Assembly: GCA_038329965.1 (NCBI GenBank)
Contig: JBBQNN010000001.1
Coordinates: 3,510 to 67,509 of the forward strand
Source of the DNA: Mycobacteriales bacterium
Lineage (GTDB): Bacteria; Actinomycetota; Actinomycetes; Mycobacteriales; QHCA01
DNA length: 64,000 nt
Direction: 5' to 3'
This document shows, in pieces, positions 51,856 to 61,726 of this stretch. Made by a program: the position numbers and the translations under genes. Every line of letters starts with the position of its first letter. Positions within the stretch are counted from its first letter, which is position 1. A model generated the notes under the pieces. The model made no database searches, was not told the DNA's origin, and was given only the letters and a program-made list of their open reading frames with translations.

Positions 51856-52698
51856 ATGCGCCGCAGGCTCACCCACGTGCTCGTCGTCGTGTCCGCCGCG
51901 GTCCTCGCGGCGGTCGCCTTGCCCGACACCGCCCAGGCCGCCGTTCCCGGCGCCGGACCACCACCGTCCAGCATGGCCTCGCTCGGTGACTCGATCACCC
52001 GGGGGTTCGACGCGTGCGGGTTCTACGTGGACTGCACCAACGAGTCCTGGAGTACCGGCGGCGACTCGTCCATCGACACCCACTACCTGCGCATCCTCGC
52101 CGTCAACCCGGCCATCAGCGGCCACAACCTCAACGACGCCAAGACCGGTGCAAAGGCCGTGGACCTGGCGGGGCAGGCGCAGGCGGCGGCCGCGCAGCAG
52201 GTGCAGTACGTCACCATCGAGATGGGCGCCAACGACGCGTGCACGTCGTCGGAGACCACCATGACGCCGGTGGCGACCTACCGGGCACAGGTCGACGCGG
52301 CGCTGGCGGCGCTCAAGAGCGGCGTGCCCGACGCCAAGGTATTCATCGCCAGCGTCCCCGACATCGAGCGGCTGTGGGCCATCGACCGTGGCAACTGGAA
52401 GGCGATCAGCGTGTGGTCCGTCGGCGGCATCTGCCAGTCGATGCTCTACCGTGCCACCTCGGACTCCGCGACGGACAGCGCCCGGCGCGACCGGGTACGC
52501 CAGCGGGTGGTCGACTTCAACACCCAACTCGCGCAGGCGTGTGCGGGCTACGGCGGTAACTGCCGCTTCGACGGCGACGCCGTGTTCAACTACCCCTTTA
52601 CCGCCAACCAGATCTCCGGCTGGGACTATTTCCACCCGGCCAAGATCGGACAGGCCGCCCTGGCATCGGTGACGTACGCCGCGGGGTACGGCTGGTAG
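51856..52698 (+). CDS. Secreted SGNH/GDSL hydrolase (lipase/esterase)
   Basis: Signal peptide, SLGDSITRG block I, GANDA block III, and a C-terminal DYFHP. GGGAGG RBS. Confidence 0.85.
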   Translation: MRRRLTHVLVVVSAAVLAAVALPDTAQAAVPGAGPPPSSMASLGDSITRGFDACGFYVDCTNESWSTGGDSSIDTHYLRILAVNPAISGHNLNDAKTGAKAVDLAGQAQAAAAQQVQYVTIEMGANDACTSSETTMTPVATYRAQVDAALAALKSGVPDAKVFIASVPDIERLWAIDRGNWKAISVWSVGGICQSMLYRATSDSATDSARRDRVRQRVVDFNTQLAQACAGYGGNCRFDGDAVFNYPFTANQISGWDYFHPAKIGQAALASVTYAAGYGW

Positions 52699-52707
52699 GA
52701 AGGGGGC

Positions 52708-54003
52708 ATGACGCACCCGACCGCCGAGGACGAGGTCGTCGACCTCTGCCGCGACCTCATCCGCTTCGACACGTCCAACCCGACGAGCAACGAACGTGCC
52801 GCGGCGGAGTACGTCGCCGAGAAGCTGTCCGACGTGGGGCTCGTGCCGACGCTGCTTGAGAGCGAGCCCGGCCGGGCCAGTGTCGTGGCCCGCCTCGAAG
52901 GCAGCGACAGCTCCCGCGCCGCCCTGCTGATCCACGGTCACCTCGACGTGGTGCCGGCCGACGCCGCCGACTGGTCGGTGGATCCGTTCGCCGGTGAGAT
53001 TCGCGACGGCTACCTGTGGGGCCGCGGCGCGGTGGACATGAAGGACATGGACGCGATGACGCTGGCGCTGGTGCGCCAGTGGGCGCGGGAGGGTCGCAAG
53101 CCCCCCCGCGACATCGTCGTGGCCTTCATGGCCGACGAGGAAGCCGGCGGCCACAAGGGTGCCGACTTCCTGGTCAACGAGCACGCTGACCTGTTCGACG
53201 GGTGCACCGAGGCGATCGGTGAGGTGGGCGGCTTCTCGGTGACCATCGGCGGTGACCGGCGGCTCTACCTCATCGAGACCGCGCAGAAGGGGATCGGCTG
53301 GCTGCAGCTGACCGCCCGGGGCCGAGCAGGGCACGGCTCGATGGTCAACGACGACAACGCGGTGACCGCGGTGTGCGAGGCGGTGGCCCGGTTGGGCCGG
53401 CATGAGTTCCCGATGCACCTGACCGACACCGTTCGGCGGCTGCTCGAGGAGCTCTCCGGCGCGCTCGGCATCGAGCTCGACCCCGACGACATCGAGCCGA
53501 CGCTCGCCAAGCTCGGCCCGATCGCCCGGCTGATCGGTGCGACGATCCGCAACACGGTCAACCCGACGATGCTCGACGCCGGCTACAAGTGCAACGTGAT
53601 CCCGGGTATCGCCCGCGCGGTGGTCGACGGGCGCAGCCTGCCGGGCTATGACGACGAGTTCGAGTCGCAGATACGGGAGGTGGCCGGGCCCGACATCGAG
53701 CTGGACTGGATCGAGCGTGCCCCGGCGGTCGAGACGACGTTCGACGGCGCGCTGGTCGATGCCATGTGCGCGGCCATCCGGGCGGAGGATCCCGGCGGTC
53801 GGCCGGTGCCGTACATGCTCTCCGGCGGCACGGACGCCAAGCACTTCGCCCGGCTGGGCATGCGCTGCTTCGGCTTCTCCCCGCTGCTGCTGCCGTCCGA
53901 CCTCGACTTCTCCGCGCTGTTCCACGGTGTCGACGAGCGGGTGCCGCTCGACGGGCTGAAGTTCGGCGTGCGCGTGCTCGAGCGCTTCGTGGCGACGTGC
54001 TGA
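52708..54003 (+). CDS. M20-family metallopeptidase/deacylase
   Basis: LIHGHLDVVPA, GRGAVDMKD, ADEEAGG and SGGTDAK motifs. Confidence 0.9.
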   Translation: MTHPTAEDEVVDLCRDLIRFDTSNPTSNERAAAEYVAEKLSDVGLVPTLLESEPGRASVVARLEGSDSSRAALLIHGHLDVVPADAADWSVDPFAGEIRDGYLWGRGAVDMKDMDAMTLALVRQWAREGRKPPRDIVVAFMADEEAGGHKGADFLVNEHADLFDGCTEAIGEVGGFSVTIGGDRRLYLIETAQKGIGWLQLTARGRAGHGSMVNDDNAVTAVCEAVARLGRHEFPMHLTDTVRRLLEELSGALGIELDPDDIEPTLAKLGPIARLIGATIRNTVNPTMLDAGYKCNVIPGIARAVVDGRSLPGYDDEFESQIREVAGPDIELDWIERAPAVETTFDGALVDAMCAAIRAEDPGGRPVPYMLSGGTDAKHFARLGMRCFGFSPLLLPSDLDFSALFHGVDERVPLDGLKFGVRVLERFVATC

Positions 54004-54800
54004 CCCGCGATCTCCACGACGCGGTGGCGTGGGTCACGGGGGGCGCCAGCGGCATCGGCGCGACAGTGTGCCGGCAGCTCGCGGCCGGTGGTGCCCGGGT
54101 CGTGGTGTCCGATGTGGACGTCGAGCGTGGCGAGACGGTCGCGGCGGAGGTGGGCGGGCTCTTCGTGAGCACGGATGTCCGACGGCCGGCGGACAGCACC
54201 GCCGCCGTCGCGCTGGCCGAGGAGGCCTACGGGCGGCTCGACCTGGTGCATCTCAACGCCGGCCTGTCCACCGGCGGGATGACACTGGACGGCTTCGACC
54301 CGGCCACCTACCGGCGGCTGATGGACGTCAACCTCGACGGTGTGGTCTACGGTCTCGTCGCCGCGCTGCCGGCGCTGCGGCGGGCCGGCGGCGGAGCGGT
54401 CGTGGTGACGTCGTCGCTGTCGGGGATCACGCCGTTGCCCGGCGACGCGTGGTACGCCGCCAGCAAGCATGCCGTGGTCGGCCTGGTCCGCTCCGTCGCC
54501 GAGCCGCTGTCGGCGGACCGGGTCACGATCAACGCGATCGCCCCAGGGTTCACCAACACCCCGTTCATCGCGGACCTGGTGGCGGTGTTCGCGGCCGACG
54601 GGTTCCCGCTGCTGTCCGCCACCGAAGTGGCAGCGGTCGTCGTCCGCTTGATGACCGGCGAGGACACCGGGCAGGTGTACGCACTGCAGCCGGGCCGGCC
54701 GGTCGAGCCCTACCGCTTCCGAGGGGTGCCCGGTGCCGGCCCCGGCCAGCCGCCGCCGTCGCCGTCGCAGATCGTCTCCGGAGACGTGATGCGCGGGTGA
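53997..54800 (+). CDS. SDR-family oxidoreductase
   Basis: VTGGASGIGA, NAG and YAASKHAV motifs. GTG 53997 overlaps the M20 3' end by 7 nt. Confidence 0.85.
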   Translation: MLTRDLHDAVAWVTGGASGIGATVCRQLAAGGARVVVSDVDVERGETVAAEVGGLFVSTDVRRPADSTAAVALAEEAYGRLDLVHLNAGLSTGGMTLDGFDPATYRRLMDVNLDGVVYGLVAALPALRRAGGGAVVVTSSLSGITPLPGDAWYAASKHAVVGLVRSVAEPLSADRVTINAIAPGFTNTPFIADLVAVFAADGFPLLSATEVAAVVVRLMTGEDTGQVYALQPGRPVEPYRFRGVPGAGPGQPPPSPSQIVSGDVMRG

Positions 54801-55789
54801 GAGCCTGGCGCGTGCACCGGCTGGGTGATCCGGCCGAGGTCCTGCAACTCGACGAGGTCGATCCGCCGGGGCCGGGGCCGGGGCAGGTACGGGTCGCCGT
54901 GCACGCCGTCGGGCTGAACTTCCCCGATCTGCTGATGATCGCCGGGCGCTATCAGGAGCGCCCGCCGCTGCCGTTCACGCCCGGCCTGGAGGTCGCCGGG
55001 GTGGTCACAGCGTGCGGCGAGGGCGCCCGGCACGTTCCCGGGGATCGCGTTATGGGCGCGCCGGTCCTGCCGGCCGGCGGGCTGGCCGACGAGGCCGTGC
55101 TGCCCGACGACGGGTGCTACGAGTGGCCGGCCGGCCTGCCCGCGGCGGACGCGGCCGGCCTGTTCATCACATACCAGACCGCGTACGTCGGCCTGCACCG
55201 CCGGGCGGCGCTCCGGGCAGGTGAGGTGCTCCTGGTCCACGCCGGGGCCAGCGGGGTGGGATCGGCGGCGATCCAGCTCGGCAAGGCGGCCGGTGCGACG
55301 GTCATCACCACCTCGGGCGGCCCGGTCAAGACCGCGGCCTGCCGCGACCTCGGTGCCGATGTCGCCCTCGATCACACCACCGACGACTGGGTGGCCGCCG
55401 TCAAGCAGGCCACCGGCGGTCGCGGCGCCGACGTGATCTGGGACCCGGTCGGCGGCGACGTTTTCGACGCGTCCCGCAAGTGCATCGCCTTCGAGGGCCG
55501 GCTGGTGGTCGTCGGCTTCGCCGGCGGGCGCATCCCCGAGGTGCCGGCCAGCCACGTCCTGGTCAAGAACTACAGCGTCGTCGGCCTGCACTGGGGGTCG
55601 TACCGCCGCTTCGAGCCCAGCCTGATCGCCGAGGCGCACGCCGAACTCCTGCGGTTGCACGCGGCCGGTGTGGTGCGCCCCCTGATCGACCGCGAGCTGC
55701 CGTTGGAGCAGGCCGTCGAGGCCCTGCACCTGCTGGCCACCCGGCAGGTGGCCGGCAAGGTCATCCTGCGGCCGCGTCCCGGTCCCTGA
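54797..55789 (+). CDS. NADPH:quinone oxidoreductase (zeta-crystallin-like MDR)
   Basis: VHAVGLNFPDLL, PFTPGLEVAGVV and HAGASGVGSAAIQL motifs. GTG 54797 overlaps the SDR stop (GTGA). Confidence 0.88.
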   Translation: MRAWRVHRLGDPAEVLQLDEVDPPGPGPGQVRVAVHAVGLNFPDLLMIAGRYQERPPLPFTPGLEVAGVVTACGEGARHVPGDRVMGAPVLPAGGLADEAVLPDDGCYEWPAGLPAADAAGLFITYQTAYVGLHRRAALRAGEVLLVHAGASGVGSAAIQLGKAAGATVITTSGGPVKTAACRDLGADVALDHTTDDWVAAVKQATGGRGADVIWDPVGGDVFDASRKCIAFEGRLVVVGFAGGRIPEVPASHVLVKNYSVVGLHWGSYRRFEPSLIAEAHAELLRLHAAGVVRPLIDRELPLEQAVEALHLLATRQVAGKVILRPRPGP

Positions 55790-57272
55790 TGAACTCGTCG
55801 CGGGAGTCGATGCCGCCTGGCCGGTTGGCGTTGAGCCGGCTGTTGCGCTGGCCGTACAGGAAGTAGATGGCGAGCCCGATCACCATCCAGATCGCGAACC
55901 GTAGCCACGTCTTGGTAGGCAGGTTGAGCATCAGGTAGAAGCTGGCGAGCACCGCGAGCGGAGCGATGATGTTCACGGCGGGAACGCGGAAGGAGCGCTC
56001 GAGGTCGGGCTCCTTGCGGCGCAGCACCATCACCGCGATCGAGACGAGGATGAACGCGAACAGCGTGCCGATGTTGACCAGGTCGGCCAACGTCCCCAGT
56101 GAGAAGTAGAACGCCAGCGCGGCAACGACGACACCGGTCAGAATCGACGTACGAATAGGCGTGCCGAAGCGCGGGGAGACGGCGGAGAACACGGTGGGCA
56201 GCAACCGGTCGCGGCTCATCGCGAAGAAGACCCGGCTCTGCCCGAGCATCAGGATCATCATCACCGTCGTCAGACCGGCAAGGGCCCCGATCGAGACGAC
56301 GGTGCCGAAGTTCGGGTGACCCACCTGCTCGAACGCCGTCGCGAGCGGCGCCTTGATGTTCATCTTGTCGAACTTCACCATGCCGGTGACGACCAGCGAC
56401 ACGGCGACGTACAGCGCCGTGCAGATCGTCAGGGAGGCGATGATCCCGATGGGGAGGTCGCGCTGCGGCTTCTTGGTCTCCTCGGCGGCCGTGGCCACGA
56501 TGTCGAAGCCGATGAAGGCGAAGAAGACCAGCGCCGCGCCGGTGAAGATGCCGCTGAGCCCGAACGTCCCGGCGCCGAAGCCCAGATCCTGCAGCAGCGA
56601 AGGCTCCGCAGCGGGTCCGGGAGCACCCTTCGTGCCGCTGGGCGGGACGAACGGGTGATAGTTGCCGGACTTGATGAAGAACAGCCCGGCCACGATGACG
56701 AAGAGCACGATGCCGACCTTGATCGCCACGATGACGGAGTTGACCCGCGCGGAGACCTTGATCCCGATGCAGATGACTGCCGTGAGGATCAGCACGATCG
56801 CCGCGGCAGCGAAATCGTGGTGGGTGCCGACCAGCCACGTCGGTGGCTCACTGGAGAACACTGCCTTGTAGACGATGGCGAAGTACTCCGACCAGCCCAC
56901 GGCCACCGTTGCCGCGCCCAGCGCCAGCTCCAGGATCAGGTCCCAGCCGATGATCCAGGCGATCACCTCACCGAGGGTCGCGTAGGAGAAGGTGTACGCG
57001 GAACCGGCCACCGGCACCGTGGAGGCGAACTCCGCGTAGCAGACGGCTGCCAGGCCGCAGGCGATGCCCGCCACGACGAAGGATAGTGCAACGGCCGGCC
57101 CAGCCTGGATGCCGGCGGCCTTGCCGGTGAGGACGAAGATGCCGGTGCCGATGATCACACCGATGCCGAACACCGTGAGGTCGAGCGCTCCAAGGTGCTT
57201 GCGGAGCTGGTGTCCTGGCTCCTCGGTGTCCCTGATGGACTGCTCGACGGACTTGGTACGCATGACGTTCAC
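55761..57272 (-). CDS. APC-superfamily amino acid permease (cationic amino acid transporter-like)
   Basis: 503 aa with ~12-14 TM segments, including GIGVIIGTGIFVLTG and AELA-type motifs. The 3' end overlaps the convergent QOR gene by 29 nt. Confidence 0.9.
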   Translation of the reverse strand: MNVMRTKSVEQSIRDTEEPGHQLRKHLGALDLTVFGIGVIIGTGIFVLTGKAAGIQAGPAVALSFVVAGIACGLAAVCYAEFASTVPVAGSAYTFSYATLGEVIAWIIGWDLILELALGAATVAVGWSEYFAIVYKAVFSSEPPTWLVGTHHDFAAAAIVLILTAVICIGIKVSARVNSVIVAIKVGIVLFVIVAGLFFIKSGNYHPFVPPSGTKGAPGPAAEPSLLQDLGFGAGTFGLSGIFTGAALVFFAFIGFDIVATAAEETKKPQRDLPIGIIASLTICTALYVAVSLVVTGMVKFDKMNIKAPLATAFEQVGHPNFGTVVSIGALAGLTTVMMILMLGQSRVFFAMSRDRLLPTVFSAVSPRFGTPIRTSILTGVVVAALAFYFSLGTLADLVNIGTLFAFILVSIAVMVLRRKEPDLERSFRVPAVNIIAPLAVLASFYLMLNLPTKTWLRFAIWMVIGLAIYFLYGQRNSRLNANRPGGIDSRDEFIRDRDAAAG

Positions 57273-57367
57273 GGCCCACCGGTCCTCTGCTCTATCCCCT
57301 GACGGCGTCAGGCGGCGTCGATCCCGGAGGTGCCCGCGATAGTCACGCGAGAAACGCCGGATCTGCC

Positions 57368-57565
57368 TCAGACGGACAGTCGTGGCAGCGGTGCCGGCCC
57401 GCGGGGCCGGCGCAGGGTCACCTGGCGGGTGCCGTCAGGCAACAGCCGGAGGGTGGCCAGCTCCCAGCCGCTGAACTCCGCCTGGACCGTGAGCTGCACC
57501 TGGGCGCTGACCCTGTCGGTGCCAGGGGGCAGCCGCAGCGGTTGGTACTCGTACTCCGGCGGCAC
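57368..57565 (-). CDS. DUF5703-like small conserved actinobacterial protein
   Basis: 65 aa, MPPEYEYQPLRLPPG...FSGWELATLRLLPDGTRQVTLRR. It resembles the short YEF..GWEL..RLYPDG family and is co-oriented downstream of the helicase. Confidence 0.65.
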   Translation of the reverse strand: MPPEYEYQPLRLPPGTDRVSAQVQLTVQAEFSGWELATLRLLPDGTRQVTLRRPRGPAPLPRLSV

Positions 57566-57595
57566 GGCGCCAAGTGTGCCTCATCCGCGCCCGTC

Positions 57596-59584
57596 TCACG
57601 AGGGGGTGGCCGATTTCACCGCGGCCCGGAGGAGCCCGGTCAGGCGGGTCCGCCGGGGCCGGGCGCCGACCTGGCGGACCGCGCGCACGAGTGCCGGGCC
57701 GCAGGCATGCACGATCGACAGGTGCCGCTGCGCCCGCGTGAACCCGGTGTAGACCAGCGGCCGGGACAGCAGCCCACCGGCCTCGACCGGCAGCACGCTC
57801 ACCACCGCGGGCCATTCCGAGCCCTGGGCCCGGTGCACCGTGATCGCCCAGCCGTGCCGCAGATCGGATAGGGCCTTGCCGCTCACGTGCACCGGGCCGC
57901 CGGGGAAGGCGATCGTGACGGTGCCCTCGCGCGCCGCGGTGACGGTGCCGACCTCTCCGTTGGCGAAACCGACCGGCTCGAGGTCGAGGTGGTTTGCGGT
58001 GGCCACCACGCGGTCGCCCGGGTCGAAGCCGGACACGGTCCCCTCACCCGGGTTGAGCCGGTCCTTGAGTGCTGCGTTGAGGGCCACCGTGCCGGCGTCA
58101 CCGCGGTGCACGGGTGTCACGACCTGGACGTCGGCGGCTGCGATCCCGAGCGCCCGGGGGATGGCGTCGGTGACGAGTTGCACGGTGCGGTGGGCCGCCT
58201 CGGCGGCGCTGGCCGCCGGGATAACGACGACCTCCCGGGTGGGGTCGTCGACGACAGGTAGCTCGCCGCCCCGGACGGCGGTCGCCAGCCGGGCGATCGA
58301 GCCGCCCTCGGCCTGGCGGTAGAGCGTGGTGAGCTCGGTCGTGGGGAGTACGGCGGCGTCGAGCAGGTCGCCGAGGACCCGCCCCGCACCGATGGAGGGC
58401 AGCTGGGCCGGATCGCCGACGAGCAGCAGGTGAGTGCCGTCGGCGCACGCCTCGACCAGGGCCGCGGCCAGCTCCGCGTCGAGCATCGAGGACTCGTCGA
58501 CGACGACCACGTCGGCATCGAGCGGCCAGGCCTCGCCGCGGGCGAAGCTCCCGGTCATCCCCTGTGCGCCGAGCAGTCGGTGCACCGTGGCCGCGGGGGC
58601 GTCGGTCAGCTCCTCGAGCCGCTTGGCCGCGCGGCCGGTCGGCGCGGCGAGGGCGACCCGGCGGCCGCGGGCCTCGGCCAGGGTAACGACCGCGGCGACC
58701 GTACGGCTCTTGCCGGTGCCGGGGCCGCCGGTCAGCAGGCTCACGCCGCTGGTGAGGGCATATTCGACCGCCTGGCGCTGTGCGTCGTCGAGGTCGCCGG
58801 CCGCTTTCGAGGCGGCCGCAGCGGCATCGGCCACCGGCTCGGCGGTGGTGAGCAGCCGGGCGATGCCGTCGGCCACGGCGTCCTCGGCCATCGCGTACCG
58901 CTCCAGACCGAGCAGGTCGCCCTCGCCTTCTGCAGCCTCCTGTCCGGCCTCGGGGCTGGCATCGGAAGTGGCGTGGTGCGCGAGGACCCGGCCGGACTCG
59001 AGGGCCGCGGCCACGGCCGCGGGTGGGTCCGGCACCTGCTCGCCGGCCAGGACCGACATGACCAACTCGGTAGGCAGGGCCGTGTGCCCGTCGCGGGCCG
59101 CCCGGGCCAGCGCCCAGGCGGTCATGGCGCGGCCGCGGCGGGGGTCGGCGCGCTGCACCCCGGCGACGGCGGACACGGCCAGCCGGTCGGCGTCGGTGAC
59201 CTTGACCTCCGCCAGCTCCAGCAGCCGCCAGGGGTCGTCGCTGAGGATCGGCGCGGCCATCTTGCCCAGGGTCTCCACGATGCGGCCGGCCAGTCGGGCG
59301 GGCAGCCCGGCCGGCACCAGGAGCATGACGACGTCGTAGACCGGGGCGGCCTGCTCGAAGGCCGTCATGAGCTTCTCGGCCCGGGCCGGGCTCACCCTCG
59401 GCAGTTTCGCCAGCGTGCCGGCCGACAGGTCGTCGGGGGAGGCGATACCGGCCTCGGCTATCGCCGTGGCGAGCGATCGGCCCAGCCCCGGCCATAGGCC
59501 GGCTGCGCAGAACTGCTCGAAGGCGGCCTCCTGTCCCGGCACCGGCCGAGCGTATCGGCGGCGGTCGGCGACCCGTACGGCCAC
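57596..59584 (-). CDS. RecD-like (RecD2/SF1B) DNA helicase with an N-terminal HhH region
   Basis: GGPGTGKSRT (Walker A), VVVDESSMLD (Walker B), and a C-terminal ITVHRAQGSEW...TGFTRA. Confidence 0.85.
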   Translation of the reverse strand: MAVRVADRRRYARPVPGQEAAFEQFCAAGLWPGLGRSLATAIAEAGIASPDDLSAGTLAKLPRVSPARAEKLMTAFEQAAPVYDVVMLLVPAGLPARLAGRIVETLGKMAAPILSDDPWRLLELAEVKVTDADRLAVSAVAGVQRADPRRGRAMTAWALARAARDGHTALPTELVMSVLAGEQVPDPPAAVAAALESGRVLAHHATSDASPEAGQEAAEGEGDLLGLERYAMAEDAVADGIARLLTTAEPVADAAAAASKAAGDLDDAQRQAVEYALTSGVSLLTGGPGTGKSRTVAAVVTLAEARGRRVALAAPTGRAAKRLEELTDAPAATVHRLLGAQGMTGSFARGEAWPLDADVVVVDESSMLDAELAAALVEACADGTHLLLVGDPAQLPSIGAGRVLGDLLDAAVLPTTELTTLYRQAEGGSIARLATAVRGGELPVVDDPTREVVVIPAASAAEAAHRTVQLVTDAIPRALGIAAADVQVVTPVHRGDAGTVALNAALKDRLNPGEGTVSGFDPGDRVVATANHLDLEPVGFANGEVGTVTAAREGTVTIAFPGGPVHVSGKALSDLRHGWAITVHRAQGSEWPAVVSVLPVEAGGLLSRPLVYTGFTRAQRHLSIVHACGPALVRAVRQVGARPRRTRLTGLLRAAVKSATPS

Positions 59585-59664
59585 CCGCTCCCGTGATCAG
59601 GCAGTCCTGCGGGGTTCTCACGGCGTGTCGCCTGCAAGCGTGCATGATCACCGCGACGGGCTGG

Positions 59665-60630
59665 CTAATCTCCCCGGCGGGACGGATGGGCCGAGACGTC
59701 GTCCAGGGCGGAGCTGATCGACGGCGGGAGCTCCAGCGCCTCGGCCTGCAGGGAGCCCACCAACTGCCCGACCGTCCGCGCACCGACGATAGGGGCGGCC
59801 ACGCCGGGCCGGTCGCGCACCCAAGCCAGTGCCACCGCGAGCGGCGACGTGCCGAGCCCGTCAGCGGCGGTGGCCACCGCCTCGACGATGCCCGCCGAGC
59901 GCTCGTCGAGGTAGCGGCCGACGAAGCCCGCAAAGGTCGGCGAGGCCGCCCGGGAGTCGGCCGGCCGGCCGTCGCGGTACTTCCCGGTGAGCACGCCGCG
60001 ACCCAGCGGGGACCACGGGAGCAGTCCCAGGCCGGCGTCCAGGGCGGCTGGCCCGACCTCCTGCTCGATCCCGCGCTCCAGCAAGGAGTACTCGACCTGC
60101 GTGGACACCAGGCGCGCCCTTCCTGGCCAGGCGGCCTGCCAGGTCGCGGCCCTGGCGGTCTGCCAGCCGCTGTAGTTGGAGATGCCGACGTAGCGGGTGC
60201 GGCCCGAGGCCTGCGCCGCGTCGAGGGCGGACAGTGTCTCCTCCAGCGGCGTGCCGTCGTCCCAGGTGTGCAGCTGCCACAGGTCGACGTGGGCGACACC
60301 GAGCCGGGACAGCGAGGCATCGAGCGTGTCGAGCAGCGCCCGGCGCGACGCGTCGACGACCACCTCGCCGGTCCGGCGGGAGATCGCCGCCTTGGTCGCG
60401 AGGACCACCTCCTCGCGTGGCACCACGTCACGCAGCAACCGGCCGAGCATGCTCTCGGACTCACCGTCCACGTACGTCGCCGCCGTGTCGACCAGCGTGC
60501 CGCCGGCGTCGCGGAAGGCGGTCAGCTGGGCCGCCGCGTCGTCCTCGTCGGTGTCGCGGCCCCACGTCATCGTGCCCAGCCCCAGCCGGGACACCTTGAG
60601 CCCGCTGCGGCCGACCGTCCGTTGCTCCAT
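59665..60630 (-). CDS. Aldo/keto reductase
   Basis: LGLGTMTWG, DTAATY, DLWQLH and VGISNYSGW motifs. ATG 60630 (MEQRTVGRSGL). Confidence 0.9.
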   Translation of the reverse strand: MEQRTVGRSGLKVSRLGLGTMTWGRDTDEDDAAAQLTAFRDAGGTLVDTAATYVDGESESMLGRLLRDVVPREEVVLATKAAISRRTGEVVVDASRRALLDTLDASLSRLGVAHVDLWQLHTWDDGTPLEETLSALDAAQASGRTRYVGISNYSGWQTARAATWQAAWPGRARLVSTQVEYSLLERGIEQEVGPAALDAGLGLLPWSPLGRGVLTGKYRDGRPADSRAASPTFAGFVGRYLDERSAGIVEAVATAADGLGTSPLAVALAWVRDRPGVAAPIVGARTVGQLVGSLQAEALELPPSISSALDDVSAHPSRRGD

Positions 60631-60676
60631 GGGTGCGAACGCTATCGCCCGGGTGTCCGCGGCTAGTCTTCGCGGC

Positions 60677-61726
60677 ATGCGGCTGGGACTCAACCTGGGC
60701 TACTGGGGAAGCGGCAACGACGCCGACAACCTCGCGCTGGCCCAGGAGGCCGACCGGCTCGGCTTTGCCGTCGCCTGGGCGGCCGAGGCCTACGGCAGCG
60801 ATGCCCCGACCGTCCTGTCCTGGGTCGCCGCCCAGACCAGCCGCATCGACATCGGCTCGGCGATCCTGCAGATCCCGGCCCGCTCGCCGGCGATGACGGC
60901 GATGACGGCGGCCACTCTGGACACCCTGTCCGGCGGCCGCTTCCGGCTCGGCCTGGGCGTGTCGGGGCCGCAGGTCTCCGAGGGCTGGCACGGCGTCCGG
61001 TTCGACTCGCCGCTCGGGCGGACCAGGGAGTACGTCGACATCGTGCGGCTGGCCCTGCGCCGCGAGCGGGTGGCCTACACCGGCGAGCACTACGTCTTGC
61101 CGCTGCCCGACGGCCCGGGCAAGGCGCTCAAGCTGACCGTGCACCCGGTCCGGGAGCACATCCCGATCTACCTGGCCGCCGTCGGCCCCAAGAACCTCGA
61201 GCTCGCCGGTGAGATCGCCGACGGCTGGCTGGCGATCTTCTACTCACCCGAGCATGCCCCGGTGTCCTTGGCCTCCGTCCGTGCCGGCCGGGCGCGGGCC
61301 GGTGCCGCGATGGCCGGTTACGACGTCGTGGCGTCCGTACCCCTGGTCGTCGGCGACGACCCGGTCTCAGCGGGCGACCCGATCCGCGGCTATGCCGCCC
61401 TCTACGTGGGCGGGATGGGCAGTCGCAAGCAGAACTTCTACAACGACCTGGCCGTCCGGATGGGCTACGCGCAGGCAGCGGGCCAGATCCAGGACGCCTA
61501 CCTGTCCCGCGACTACGCCGGCGCGGCGGCCGCGGTGCCGCACGAGTTCGTCGACGCGACATCGCTGCTCGGTCCGCGCCGGCGCATCGCCGACCGCCTA
61601 CAGGCCTTCGCCGAGTCGGGTGTCACTACGCTCAGCATCATCCCCTTCGCTCCCACGCTGGCCGATCGCGTAACCGCGTTGCGCACAGCCGCCGAAGCCC
61701 TCGACCTCTCCGGAGTCGCTACGTGA
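60677..61726 (+). CDS. LLM-class (luciferase-like) F420-dependent oxidoreductase
   Basis: MRLGLNLGYWG, AEAYGSDAPT, GGRFRLGLGVSGPQVSEGWHG. Confidence 0.88.
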   Translation: MRLGLNLGYWGSGNDADNLALAQEADRLGFAVAWAAEAYGSDAPTVLSWVAAQTSRIDIGSAILQIPARSPAMTAMTAATLDTLSGGRFRLGLGVSGPQVSEGWHGVRFDSPLGRTREYVDIVRLALRRERVAYTGEHYVLPLPDGPGKALKLTVHPVREHIPIYLAAVGPKNLELAGEIADGWLAIFYSPEHAPVSLASVRAGRARAGAAMAGYDVVASVPLVVGDDPVSAGDPIRGYAALYVGGMGSRKQNFYNDLAVRMGYAQAAGQIQDAYLSRDYAGAAAAVPHEFVDATSLLGPRRRIADRLQAFAESGVTTLSIIPFAPTLADRVTALRTAAEALDLSGVAT

